NCBI GenBank assembly: GCA_030265395.1
Contig: JARFYF010000017.1
Coordinates: 34,342,229-34,406,228, forward strand
DNA from: Rhina ancylostomus
Lineage: Eukaryota
Length of the DNA stretch: 64,000 bases
Reading direction: 5' to 3'
Of the stretch, positions 63,925 through 64,000 are shown in pieces. The notes under the pieces are model-generated. The model made no database searches. It saw only the letters and a program-made list of their open reading frames with translations, and was not told where the DNA came from. A program made the translations under genes and the position numbers. Position 1 is the first letter of the stretch; each line of letters begins with the position of its first letter.

Positions 63925-64000
63925 CAGTATCTGGATGTTGCTAGCAAGGCCAGAATTTATTGTCCATCCCTTATTGTCCTTGAGAAGGTGATAATGAGTT
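63925..64000 (-). mobile_element. 3' end of a LINE of the 57960 family, running off the window
   Basis: GATGTTGCTAGCAAGGCCAGAATTTATTGTCCATCCCTTATTGTCCTTGAGAAGGTG, homologous to 57985-58050. Confidence 0.8.

Noticed and set aside
1-64000. CRISPR arrays, operons, rRNA or other prokaryotic systems
   Set aside because: No regularly spaced repeats or gene-dense coding; the sequence is vertebrate-type intronic or intergenic DNA.

Overview
Eukaryotic, AT-rich, CpG-depleted, repeat-dense genomic DNA with many N-gaps. The repeat inventory (HE1-type V-SINEs, DeuSINEs, CR1/HER1-type, Rex1/Babar and L2 LINE fragments, Penelope-like elements) points to a cartilaginous fish, probably a ray or shark (inference). 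No prokaryotic features, rRNA/tRNA genes or intact long ORFs were found. Best-supported content: (1) three decayed Gypsy LTR retrotransposons, two with both LTRs recoverable (19681-23651 on -, 42362-47036 on +) and carrying nested LINE/SINE insertions; (2) many 5'-truncated LINEs and SINEs; (3) Penelope-like termini with degenerate minimal hammerhead-ribozyme cores, one attached to a GIY-YIG endonuclease tail. A chain of mostly phase-compatible candidate exons on the minus strand suggests the window is largely intronic to an unidentified, possibly decaying, protein-coding gene. I cannot name it and confidence is modest. I found nothing I can defend as a wholly new biological system. All family calls come from motif recognition by eye, without database searches, and element boundaries are approximate.
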